Made by a program: the position numbers and the translations under genes
Origin: Chrysomallon squamiferum
Taxonomy: Eukaryota; Animalia; Mollusca
Direction: 5' to 3'
Assembly: GCA_012295275.1 (NCBI GenBank)
Contig: CM022678.1
Coordinates: 3,286,001-3,350,000, forward strand
Length of the DNA stretch: 64,000 bases
Shown: in pieces, positions 41,775 through 54,359 of the stretch
How positions within the stretch are numbered: position 1 is the stretch's first letter
How the letters are laid out: every line of letters begins with the position of its first letter
The notes under the pieces: generated by a model
Seen by the model: only the letters and a program-made list of their open reading frames with translations
What the model was told of the DNA's origin: nothing
Database searches by the model: none

Positions 41775-44700
41775 TTATTTCAGCCTGCTTGCATATGGTG
41801 ATTTGAAGAGCTCGAATGGATCATCAGTTGGCATGGTTAGGATAGCCTTTCTAGGTGGATGTTTTCCTTTCTTCTTTTCATCTTCCTTGTGATCACTCTT
41901 GCCCTTCTTTGACTTCCTTTGTGATGCAGCAGCATGTTTCTTATTCTCCTTCACTTGGGCTCTCCTGGTTCTTACTGAAGGTAGAACTGGGACTGATGGA
42001 GAAATGGCAGGAATTGCTGGAGGTGGAGAATCTGAAGTGAAGAGTTCTTCATTCAAAGTGTTCACAGGAGGGTAGCCTGTATCTGAAGGTGGAACTGGAG
42101 GCTGGGACCAGAGTGTGCAGCTTGGAGTATCTGCAGCAGCAGCATTCAGTGGAATATATCCAGTGTCTTCATCATCAACTAAATCAAAAGTCAAAGGAAA
42201 AGTACCAGAAACTGCATCATATACAGCAGGATCAGACACGGGTGTGATTCCAGCTCTCTGGCTTTCGTCTGTTTCAAGCCCCTGATTGTCAAAACATACA
42301 GGTCTTCTGCTTGTTGATGTTGGATCTGTTGACTCTGACCAGTCAAAATGTTGAGGCTGTTCTTTCCACTTCTTTCTCTCTGCTTCTGGGTGTGCACTGG
42401 ACAGATTATCAGCTAGGGTGCCTGCAGTACTTTGTCTGCCTTCAACCATGAAAGATGTTTCTGAATGTATTTCATAATTAGTGGGATCAGTGAATTTCCT
42501 TGTTTTCCTCTTTTTCTTGCTGCACATAAATATCACTAAGACTAAGATAATAATCATAAAGATGATAATCAAGACAATGAGAGCAATAAGAAGTGAAGGC
42601 AGAACTACTGGGTTTTCAATACAGAAGTCAAGGTGTCCTTTGAATGAACACTCACTGACGTCTGTCATGGCTTGACAGTAGAATATGAATGCATCTTGAA
42701 AAACTGAAGTGACGTTCTTGTTCTTGGTTCTCAGGTATTCACGGATGCAAGCTTCCAGATACAGACTGTAGAAGCTGTCAAGATCTGAGCAGATTTCTCT
42801 GATGACATCTGTGTGCAGAGCATCAATGCACGACTTTATCACAGCTTCTTCTGTTTGTTCTTTGTCAACATCTTTCACTCTGGGCACACTCACGACTGGA
42901 ATTGTTGAAGGAAGCCATATGTCATCATTCAAAGAACCAGTGATATGTCCTTGAGATTTCATCGCTTGTGTTTCAGCTGGATCTGCACTGTCTTTGAAGA
43001 ATCTGCTCTCAGGATTCACACCAAATCCATCCTCAAACCCAGAAACCATGAAGAGTCCCAGAGATGACTCTGTTTTGTAGTCGTTCATGTATTTGGTGAT
43101 CTGCAGCAAAGTCTGTTCCAATCTCCAGATCCGGAGCAGGTCGAGTTCTAAGTAACCTTCAGCACTTGCTGATATTTGGACAGAAACAAGCTGGATGGAT
43201 GACTGGACATTGATGTCAGAGATAACAGTTGTTTGTAACAGTCCATCTTGAATAGCATAAAATTCATTTTCTTTGATTTAGAATTCCAGGTAACAGTCAG
43301 ATAGGTCCATGAATGAAGAAGCAAATTTATCTGTACTTTGAACTGGAGAAATGAAAAAATGATTGTGCTGTTGGTGTATGCAATTAAAATAGTTCCATTT
43401 GTTGTGAGAATCTTTGTGAAAGTGAAAGGCCGTGACACATCATTAATTCGAATCCAGAAACTAAAAGTGAACTGTTTGACACTAAAGACTAGAGGAAAGT
43501 TTTCAAAGATGACAGAAGAAGACTGGTGAAGATGCAGCATATATCCAGATGATGTCAAAATTCAGTTTTGCGTATTCATGAATCAAGTGGTTATCAGCTG
43601 CTGTTACTGCTGTTACTGCTCTCAAGTGATCTTCAATGTTTGCTGCTGTGTACACAGAATACAAATCAGCCTGGTTCTTTTGGATCATGGAGTCTGAAAT
43701 TATGTCATTGGCAACATTTTTGTCAGGTTTTCCAATAAGTCCAGTAGCTTGTTCAGCAATATCTTTGTGGAGTCTGGTGCCAATCAGCAGACCAAGATTT
43801 CCATTTCCAATTACAATGATGATTTTGTCACTGATGATGACTCGGAGATATAATTCAGTTGTCCATGATACCTGGACTGATCCATTACTAACTGAAAATA
43901 ACGTTGTCTGTTGATAGTCAAATTCCTGTTTCACCCCATCCAACACAACCTGAACTCTAAACTTTGAGTTTCCAGTGTATATTACATTTAAAGAGAACTC
44001 ATTCACCTTGAAGCTGATCTCAGAAACCATCTGACACGATCTGTCTCCAGTACAAGGTAAGAACAAAGCTTGCACAGACACAACCTTAGTGAGAATGACT
44101 TGATATGCACCTGGTATTACCACTGTCAGGGAGGCCCCATCCACAGTTGTTATGTAGGAACCCACAATTACTGAAACAAACCATGTAGTGTTCTGGTTCA
44201 CCTCTGTCTGTATGGTAATGCTGCAGTCCTTTCCTTTCCACAGGTCTGTACAGTTGGAACAAGCATACTTAACATCTTGTGTAGTCTCCAGTGACCAGTA
44301 CTTTACTGACGTTTTTGCTGAGCTGAGCCATCTTGATGAACAGGAACAGACTCCAGTTTCTTTTCCACACAAACCGTTGCTGTTGCACACTCCAAACTGT
44401 CCCACTGGACATACAAACTGGCACTGATCTCCCCAATAGCCTTCATAACAAATACAGGTCTGATTTTGTTTCTCTCCAAAGTAACAGCTACTTTTACAGT
44501 TATTTCCAGTCCATGGAATGAGACTGTTTATAATGGTGACATTATTGCAGAGCGATTTCAATGGTGTTTCTGTCAAGTTCAATACATTTTTGCTGTACTC
44601 GGACAAAGCAAGGACAAAGAGTTCACTGGCCACAGTTTTACCAGCATATATAACTACTTCAGCACATTGTGCTTGTAGGATGTTTGCATCAGTAACTATG

Positions 44701-47700
44701 GAAGATGATGTTTTCAAGATGTCTTCTAGTAAATTAGCACACGCAGCAGATGCTTTGGATTTAAGACTTGGATCATCAGGATTTGTCAGTCCGACATCGA
44801 GGGAAACTTTGAGTTCAGGAAGTGATATTTCAGCTGAGGTCTGAAGACTTAGACTTGAAGGAACCCAGACTGGAGGGTTGAGTACATTCACTGCGTAAAG
44901 AGATGAGAACGTGCGACTGTCACTGGCAGAGAGACCCTCCCTATCATTAAATGCCCAGTGGTTGTGCAGGTCTGGTGTAGCAGATGTTACAGCTACTTTC
45001 CACATCCGTGCAATGATGCTAGGATTGTGTGGTCTCGTCCACAAACGAACTTCGTCTATCAAGCCAACAAATGGTCCAACCTCTGAGCTGATGGTCAGTC
45101 CTGGTGGTAGTTGTCCAAAAACAAGATGACCGCCAGTGGAAAACACTGCTGCTGATATTCTGATGGCCTTGACTCTCACCAGACCTGCGGAGTCGGTTAC
45201 ATATAACTCCACAGCTGACAGAACAGGATTCCAGGCTAAAGTGAGTTGGTTCCAGACATTGACTTCAATACTGAGTTGTGTGTTAGTAACAGCTGTCTTT
45301 GTTATCACCAGTATTCCTGTCTGATCATACACCAGACAAACATATTTATCTTCACTGAACATGTAAGCAAGCAGAACTCCACTTGCTTGTGACATTTTCA
45401 CCTGCATTTCTAAAGAGAAGTGTCCTTGTGGTAAAATAAAATTACTTGCTATCAGTCCTGTTCCATTGAAAGCTAAGCATGCTTCAGTGATGGTTGTGCC
45501 ACTTGTCCCTGCTGATGAGATGTGATAGTGATAAGATGAAATGAAGGATTTGAGTGCAACCTTTGTTAGACCTTTCCTGCATGATGATTCAACACTGGTA
45601 AGATCTGCTGTATTACACACAGGACTTGATGTACAACCAGCATATTCTATGTTTAAAGTTGTGTTACATGATGCCATCATTCCTCCGACAGTCAGATTGG
45701 CAAAGCCTGATTTTGTTATCTTTATAGTCACAAACAGAAAACTGTCAGCAACTGAAACAACAAAGACTGCATGAGTGTCTTGAAGAGAGATTTCCATTTG
45801 GGAGATACTTGTGAGTTTCAGTTCTATGTTGTCCACTGTTAGAGTTTCAAACACTTCGTAATCCTGAGTCAGACCTTTCACAATAACTTTATCTTGTCCA
45901 AAGCTCTCATGTGAAATCTTGAGACTGTTGTTCTTGAAGATGACTAAAAGAGAAACTAAACAATACGGTGAGGCTATTTGTCCTTTGCATGGGCTGACCT
46001 GTGCAACAACTGATGCAGCTGAAGAACCAAACTCTGCCAATGTAAAGAATCCAAACTGTTTAATGTCCATGATGGTACCATCAAATGTGACCAGTCGTCC
46101 AAATGTGCTGAGTTGACCTACGACATTTACTACTGAGTTTGTGTCAAATATTTTACTCACAATGCAGTCTTCTCCGATCCATCCATCAGCACAAGCTTCA
46201 CAAGATGTTCCTTTCCAGTGATTTTCACACTGACACTGTCCAGCATTGCTGCACACTCCATGATTGTTGCACGGTGTGGTGTGTCCCCCAGGACAAGAGT
46301 TTTGGCATTTGTCGCCCCAGTATCCGAAGAAGCATTCACACAAGTTGGTGGAGTTGAGGAAACCAAACAAGCAGCCTTGACATTCTTCGTTAATCCACAA
46401 TGGTTTCGAAAGGTTCATGCTGCAGATTTCTTCCATCATATCAGTGGTGTTGACACTTTTGGATTCACAGGCACGAATGAAGGACATGATCATGAGTAAA
46501 CTTGCATTATAGTTGTTGTTCAGAGCACCATTTTCTAAGCATGCTGACAGGAAAAGTTTGTGGTCCTTGTTAACACATTTAGCTTGCACTGACTGTGAGA
46601 AGAAAAAATTGTTACAGACTGAGGATATGAAATTGGATGGGTCTATGCTGCTGGATGCACTCTTTGCAGGAAGTGGTAGCAGCTCGATGTCTGAGAAAAC
46701 CCACTGAGGTGAAGGCCATGGAGAAGAGGGAAGGAAGATGCTGTTTTCCAAAACACTGTCATGAACCAGGTAACCGAGTCCTTCGTCCAGCTGGATGAGT
46801 GATGACAAAATGTGTTTGAAGGCAGACACTGTGACATCAAGTTTGTGTACTTGATAAATTAAAGCAGCAGGGACTGGACGATTCCACACCGCTATTTCAT
46901 CAATTTCCCCAACAAACGAATTATTGGAGTTGAGAGTGAAGACCTCATTGTCAGATGATGGAATCCATTCCCCGAGAGACAGCATTCCTCCTGAAGCAAA
47001 GACATCCAAGCAACTTTCTTTAAAGATCTCATGGATGATCTCTGAGCCTTGACTGTAGTGGAAGAGGTGTAAAGATGCTGTATCTTTGACAGTTAAGATT
47101 AACTGATTCCATCTATCAGCCGAGAGTGTCACTGACGTCTGAATTGTAGAACCTCCACACTCTATTTCCAGTGGGCTGCTGTATTTCAAAGCAAATGTTT
47201 TCTTGTTACCAAAGGAGAGCATTGTGCCACTGGATCCGTAAGGTTTGACATGTAAGGACAAAGTGAAATCAGACAGTCCTGAGCTTGTACTGTTTTTCAT
47301 AGTGAGTGGACCTGACACTGCAGATGTCCTGTTAAACAGGAGACTGTAGCCAGCAGTTGAATCTGATGAACTGAGCCGATCAGAGTAGAAAAGACTCTCG
47401 TTGTCTGCCATTTTGAATTTCTGGACAAGACTATTCATTATCTCTTCTGATGATGAGGATGTAAAGTCTGTAGACGATGTTGTGACAAACTGACAAGAAC
47501 TGAGAATTCCCGGAGAGTCAGTACACACATCTTCACTGGCAACAATTGTAGCATGAACGTAGGCTCCATGAATAAATATTCTGATGACAAGTTTATCGTC
47601 AACTGCTACTGCCAGTTTGCTGGAGGAAACCATTGACAAAGACAAGCTACTGGTCAAGGATGCATTGAAAGGTGGCAGAGAAATCTTTTTTCTTTTCCAA

Positions 47701-50368
47701 CATAAACTTTAGGAAGATGACCTTCACCGGTTGGGTATATAGAAATTGTGGATGAAGTGTCTTTGATTGCAATTCCACTAATACAAGAACCATAGGCACA
47801 TATCGCCTGGAAGGCTTGGACTTCTAAACCTTGAGATTTGTCCAGAAGCAATCTGAACACACCAGCTTTTCCATTCAGTGAAATAACAGCTCCAGTGAAT
47901 GTTGAGTAGGTAGCAGTTGTTGTAAGAAACGCAACATGTTGATTGGAAGCTATTGTAGTCTTGTCATTTATTAGGACACTGCAGTCTGTTCCGGTGAGGT
48001 CTGTTGTGCACCTGTTACAGTAGGACCCTCCTCTCCAGTTCCAGACACAGCTGCAGGTTCCATTGTTCAAGCATGTGCCATGATTTGTACAGGGACTCTC
48101 GGAACCTCCTGGACAAACAAATTTGCAATCTTCTCCATAGTATCCAGATGCACAGGAACATTTTCCAGATGAATCAGATGACCCAAACAGACATGTAGGA
48201 GAGCAAAAGTTACTTTCCTTCCAGGCAGGAACATCACTGCACATTGATGCTACAGGTGCTTTGTAAATCTCAAGTGAATTTTCACAGATGCACTCCAATG
48301 CCATGACGACATCAACAGCTGAAGTCAGATCTGCCTGATGGTAAGCAATAACCAAACAGATGTGGTAGAATACATTTTTAGTGTTCTCTGTCATTGTATG
48401 GCAGATGCTGGTTGTGTTGTCAAGAATGTACTTTTTACATATGTCTGTTACTGAAGGTTGAACTGTGTAACTTAGAAGATGCTGCACGACTTTGTTGACA
48501 ACTTTCTGGTTGTTGTATTTAACATCAGATCGAATCCAAGTAGGAGAGAGCCAGGGTGAAACAGGAAGTGTGAATTTTGCGTTTGATAGTGTATCGTAAG
48601 CAACATGTCCTTCACCTTCATCAAATTTCCACACATAGGACATCAGGTGTTTGGCAACATCAGGGTCCATCTGCCAGATATCCATGATCACATTGGGTTC
48701 TACTGATATATTCCAGATGAGAAAATTTTCTATAAGGCCATCAAAGGAATGCACTGTTTTGTGTCTCTGTCCATCTGAGGGTGGTTGCCAATTTCCTAGA
48801 GACATAACTCCAAGTTTGCTAAAGATCCCCAAGCCAAGTTGTAGCTGTTTCTTCTCCAGCCAACCTGAACTGTTGAAGTGGTAAAAGTCCATCACTCCAC
48901 TGTCACTGTCATATACAAAGACAATCTTGTTCCATTTGTTTTCTTCCAAGCTGACTGCCATGTCAATTGTCTGGTTACTGGTTTTGTTGCTTGTTTCAAC
49001 TTTGACTGTTGTGTCAGTGTAGATGAGGAATACGTCACTGTTTGTGAAGGAGAACAAAACTTGTCTCTGCAGCTCAGATTTTCTTTTCTGTTTTACCATA
49101 AAGTCTACTGTGATGCTCTTACTTGTGGCAGGCTGAGAAAAGTTTGTGTACACTGATGACCCACTGAGACCTAGATTGTATCCACTGTGAGTCTGCATCT
49201 CATCTTCAGTACTAGGGTAATAGATGATTCTCTCACACTCTGACACTGAATACAGACTGAGATTGAACAATTTGCTAGAATTGTCAGCAGGCAAAGATGA
49301 AGCAGTGAAAAGCTGAGTAGTACTTGTGTTACTTGGTAATGGGGATTGCTTTGCCAGACCAGTACAGAATTTCAGTTCTGTCACATTATAAGCTGTTGCT
49401 AGATGGTTCAGTTTGACGTCCAGATTCCTTGATCCTGAACCACTTAGAAGTCCTAGAGTTTGGCTGATAAACTGAGATTCCATCTTCATCCAGATGTTGA
49501 GAGAACCTTTCCATGACATGATCTGCAGCGTCAAGACTGATGTTATTTCAACTTTCACTGTAGACAATGATGTCCTTTCAATACTGAATCCTTCATAATA
49601 GACTGGTGAATCGAGAGTCTCTGTTGTGTTATCTACAAACACTGACACTTTTTTACTGTTTCCTTGAGCAGCAGAGATTGTGATGTGTGCGTATCCATTC
49701 TGACTATCACCTATCAAGAGGCCAATGAAGGAGATGCATGTAAAGTTCTCAAAACATCTTACAAATTTGGCTTCCATAAGAAGCTTGTCAGACACTGACA
49801 ACATGTAATATTCTCCTGGCGTGTTGACAAAGAAGCCCATGCCATCAAGATTGTTCACATAACCTAGAGGTGATGCTTCGGCTATGGTGAGGTTCTCGTT
49901 GGCAATGTTCACAGTAATTTCACAATCCGGACCAACCCAGTGATCAGCACAAAAAGAACAGTCAGCACCATTTCTGTAGTCTGGACAAGAACAGATTCCT
50001 GTTGTCTGGTCACAAGTTCCCAGTCCTGAGCAAGGACTGGACACTCCTCCAGGACATTCTTCACTGCAGTTCTTACCCCAGAAACCAGACGAGCACAAAC
50101 ACTTGGTTCTGTCTGTGTGGTCTTTCTTTCCAAAGATGCATGGTGTGTATCACAGAGGTTCCCAATGACTGTGTATTCGATGCTTGACCTCATGTCGGTG
50201 CAGAGGCTCTGTGCTGGCCACTGTTTCAGGTTGAGGATGGATTGACAGTAGGTTGAGAAGGCAATGATGGAATCCTGGACCCTCAGAGTGTCTGATGTTG
50301 ATGTGACATCATCAATACAGCTGTAGAAGTATTTCTCATGGACAGATGGACTTGCAGACATACACAGC
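41775..50368 (-). CDS. Giant protein 8.6-kb terminal coding exon (end of module 5, modules 6-9, TM 42522-42608, cytoplasmic tail)
   Basis: Joins ORFs 49909-50361, 47654-50098, 43503-47657, 43148-43558 and 41775-43121 through frameshifts near 50145, 47690, 43558 and 43260. Hydrophobic VVLPSLLIALIVLIIIFMIIILVLVIFMC is followed by the stop-transfer KKKRKTRK. Confidence 0.85.
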
Positions 50369-50475
50369 CTGGAATAATAACATAATATAACTTCTTTTAT
50401 TGTAATTTTCTTTTCTTTGAAAATATTGAGTTACTTAAAATTGAATTCATTGCAGCTTGAACAAATATCAACAAG

Positions 50476-50512
<37 letters not shown>

Positions 50513-50631
50513 TATAGTTATATAAGGAGAGGCAGTGACAGACAGAGGTAAAGAGCAAGTAGATGAGTGGTTAGACAGGCAAAATATACAGATTTCTAGA
50601 TTAAACATAATAATGGACTGTGAAAGGAAAG

Positions 50632-50682
<51 letters not shown>

Positions 50683-53600
50683 CCCAACACACTCACAACC
50701 AATCCACAATGTAACCACACTAACAAAAACCAATCCAAAATAAAAACACCGAGCTACATTTTCAACTGACCTTCCAAATGTGCTGTTGTTGTAGATGTTG
50801 GAACAGAGATCAACAATGCTGACAAACTGAATAACCTCACGTCGTCTTCGCCGAGTGTTTGTGGTAAGTTGTACAGTGTTTTTTCTCTCACTACTGAATG
50901 GTATTGGAGCATCAGACATTTCCAGAATGGGTGAGCGGAATGGATATACAGGAAGGAAAATGGGAATGCCATCAACAACATCACTTATGACATCATCTGA
51001 AAATTGAGTTTCAAACAGACGTCAGCAATCTCAGTGAAAAAAATATTTTGCATTGAGCAGGCAATGAATGAGAATTTATTAATCTGATTTAAAAAGATTG
51101 AAAGATTATATTAGATATTTAGAAAACTGTGTGCAAAGTAAGTCTGTTATTATTATTATTATCATCATCATCATTACTTTTTATTACATTGTATGATGAC
51201 TAAATGATAAAAATTAAAATGTTAGATGATCAGTAAAACAAATCTTGGCATCAAACATAAGACATAATGAATGATAAAAGAAAAAGAAATCTTCTGCTGA
51301 AGCTACTCCTATCATTTGGAAGGAGGAATCTTTATATGCCACTTCAGGAAAACGCGAACAATATTTCTGATAAATTATGAATAAATCTAATAACAGAAGT
51401 GTTTTGAGAAGAAAATGATTTTAAGGCAATTTTGAACTGTACCTTTCACATTGTCGAACTTCCAAAGATTTACCAAGCCATCTTCATTCCCTTTGTAGTT
51501 AATATTCCAATGTTTTTGTATTTCAATGTTGTCAATGTAACTACAAATAAATAAATAAATAAATAACTATTTAAGTAAGTGAGACAATAAATAAGTAATG
51601 AAATAAATACATAAGTAAGAGAATAAACAATTAATTAGTTAAGAATAAGTATGTTAAAGAATATAAGGTTGCTAATATTCATATAATGCTGACATTTAAC
51701 AGCAACATCAACAACAATGGTAATAATGATGATAACAATAATACTAGTAAGTAATACAGATTATAAAATAAAACAAAATGACAAATAAATATTAAGATAA
51801 AAATAACTGAAATAAAGAAATAATAATAAAAAAATAATATAAAAAAAAAAAATAAAAAAAAAATACACAGTTCTCTATCACAGCCACTTACTTTTCCCAT
51901 ACTCTCAGCTCATCAATGCAACCACTGAAGCCATGACGCAGTTGACTGCTGTTGTCAGTCACAGTTGATGGTTGCCACCGACCAAGAGCAAGTTGTCCAC
52001 CAGAGCGGAATGGATTTTCTTTAAGTTTGATAACATTTCGACTTGGTGAACCATTTTTGTCAAACAGATAAACATCCAGAATGTTTGCTTTGTCGTTGAA
52101 AACCAAAGATATCTGGTTCCATTCGTTGTCTTCCACAGAAAGTTTTGTTGTAAACCGGTCATTTCCGAATGTGATGGTCAATGTATTTTCAATCAGTAAG
52201 GTGAATGTCAAACTGGCTGAATAGGACAAAACTGGACCATAGCATTTTCCTGTATTACACATCTTTATGAGAAATTCAAGAGATGTGAAATTTCTGCCTT
52301 GGATCTGAAGTGGAGCTGTTATGGCTGAAGAATCACTGAAACACAACATACTGCCAGGTCCTGCAGAAAAAAACCCCTGTAATTTAGTTCTTTTATCTTT
52401 ATTTATTAACTTATTTTATTGATAGTGGAATTTTTGAGTATCAAACTATAAAAAAGAACAATACAAATTTTAAATTTTGTTTCTTAACATGTCTTATAAA
52501 AATGTTATTATTAGGTATCAAAAAAAAAAAAAAATTGGTGATTCAGTTCTTGTTTATTCAATTTTTTTTAATTAATATTAGATTTAAAAAGATAAGGTAA
52601 TATTTAATACTTTTATTGATATCTTTTATCAACAATTGATACTTTAAATAATATATAAAAAAATAATACAAAAATTTGTTAAATAGTTCTCATAAGATTT
52701 GAGTATTAATGTGTTAATTATTACAAGAGAGGAAACCTGCTGATTAGCAAAATAATATATTTTATATAAACACTCTCATAGATGCAATAGTATGTACCAC
52801 AACCTTTGATAAACCAGTGGTCTTTGACACTTTGTGCCCTAAGCATTTTAAAATAAATAGATAAATAAAATAATACTTTTTTTTTTACCTTTGCCTTCCA
52901 GGTATTTTTTATCAAAGCCAGTGTTTTCAAGAATGCTGTTTCCCTTAGTTATCTTTGATTTCTCAGCTTTATCCATTATTGTGATCTGTGAATCTTTTTC
53001 GCTGATTTTCAGTGCAGTGTTTTCAAGTTGAGAAACTGTGGAAGTGAGACCACAAGGGAGAGAACTGGGGTTTCCATTGCACTCACAGAAACCACACAAA
53101 CCCATCACTGCTTTACCACAGCATAAAGTGTTCTGGTGGAAAAAACAAAAAACTGTAATTTTGTTATGCAGAAAAATAAAGAAAAGAAAGAATAATAAAA
53201 AAAGGAAGAATGGAAAAGAGATGAATGAAACAAGGATATAAATTTAGAATGAGGAAATGTATAGGAATCAAAGAAAAAAGAAAGCAAATGAAATAAAGCA
53301 ACTGAAAGAAGAAAAAAGAAATTAATGAATGAAAGGAATTAACAAAAACAATGAAACAAATGATTAAAAAAAAGAAAAAAATGGAACAGAAAGAAAGAAA
53401 AGAAATGAAACACAAGAATAAAGAATGTTCTATTTAATCTGAAGTCATTTTCTCCATAACATTTTTGAAACTTTAAATAAATAAATAAATAAATAATATT
53501 TAAATAAAATATTAAATGGAGAAACAAAATAAAATAACATAAAAAAAAATCCTTTGCCAAAGCTCAATGATATGATACACAGTAAAAATTAAAATGCAAA

Positions 53601-54308
53601 TGAATACACACATCATTAATCATGGTGTCCAGAATTAAATAACTGACACACACTCACACACATACACACACACATACACACTCATACTCAGGCACGTGAC
53701 AAAATCGTGATTTTTGCTATTACAACAGTTTATCACTGACCTTTATCATAAAATTGACTGTTAGATGACCTCCAGTAGCCATTACAGACAACTGGAAACC
53801 CAAATCTTTAATCATTATCATGTACGACCACGATCCCATTGGCTGGGCTCTGATAGTGCAAAGTCCATCTGTGGTCAGTTCAAAAGGCTTTGACCCAACC
53901 CTTTTTACTCCATTGGTAACAGCTTTGATGTTGAAACCGTCCACATATAAGATAATGTTGTTGCTGTGAAGGCCAATGCTGACACTGATGATGCAAGTAT
54001 CATAGTTTCTGGGAGGAAGACATGCTGCTTGTTTGATCTGTCAATTAAGTAAGTAATTAAATAAATAACAGTAACAACAACAAAATTAATAATGATAATA
54101 ATAATAATAACAACAACAACAACAACAAAACAAAGTATTATTAATAATAATTATAATAATGAATAATAATAGTAAATAATAAATAATCGTAATATAACAG
54201 TAATAATAATAATAATAACAATAACAACAACAACAACAACAAAGTATTATTAATAATAATTATAATAATGAATAATAATAGTAAATAATAAATAATCGTA
54301 ATATAACA

Positions 54309-54359
<51 letters not shown>

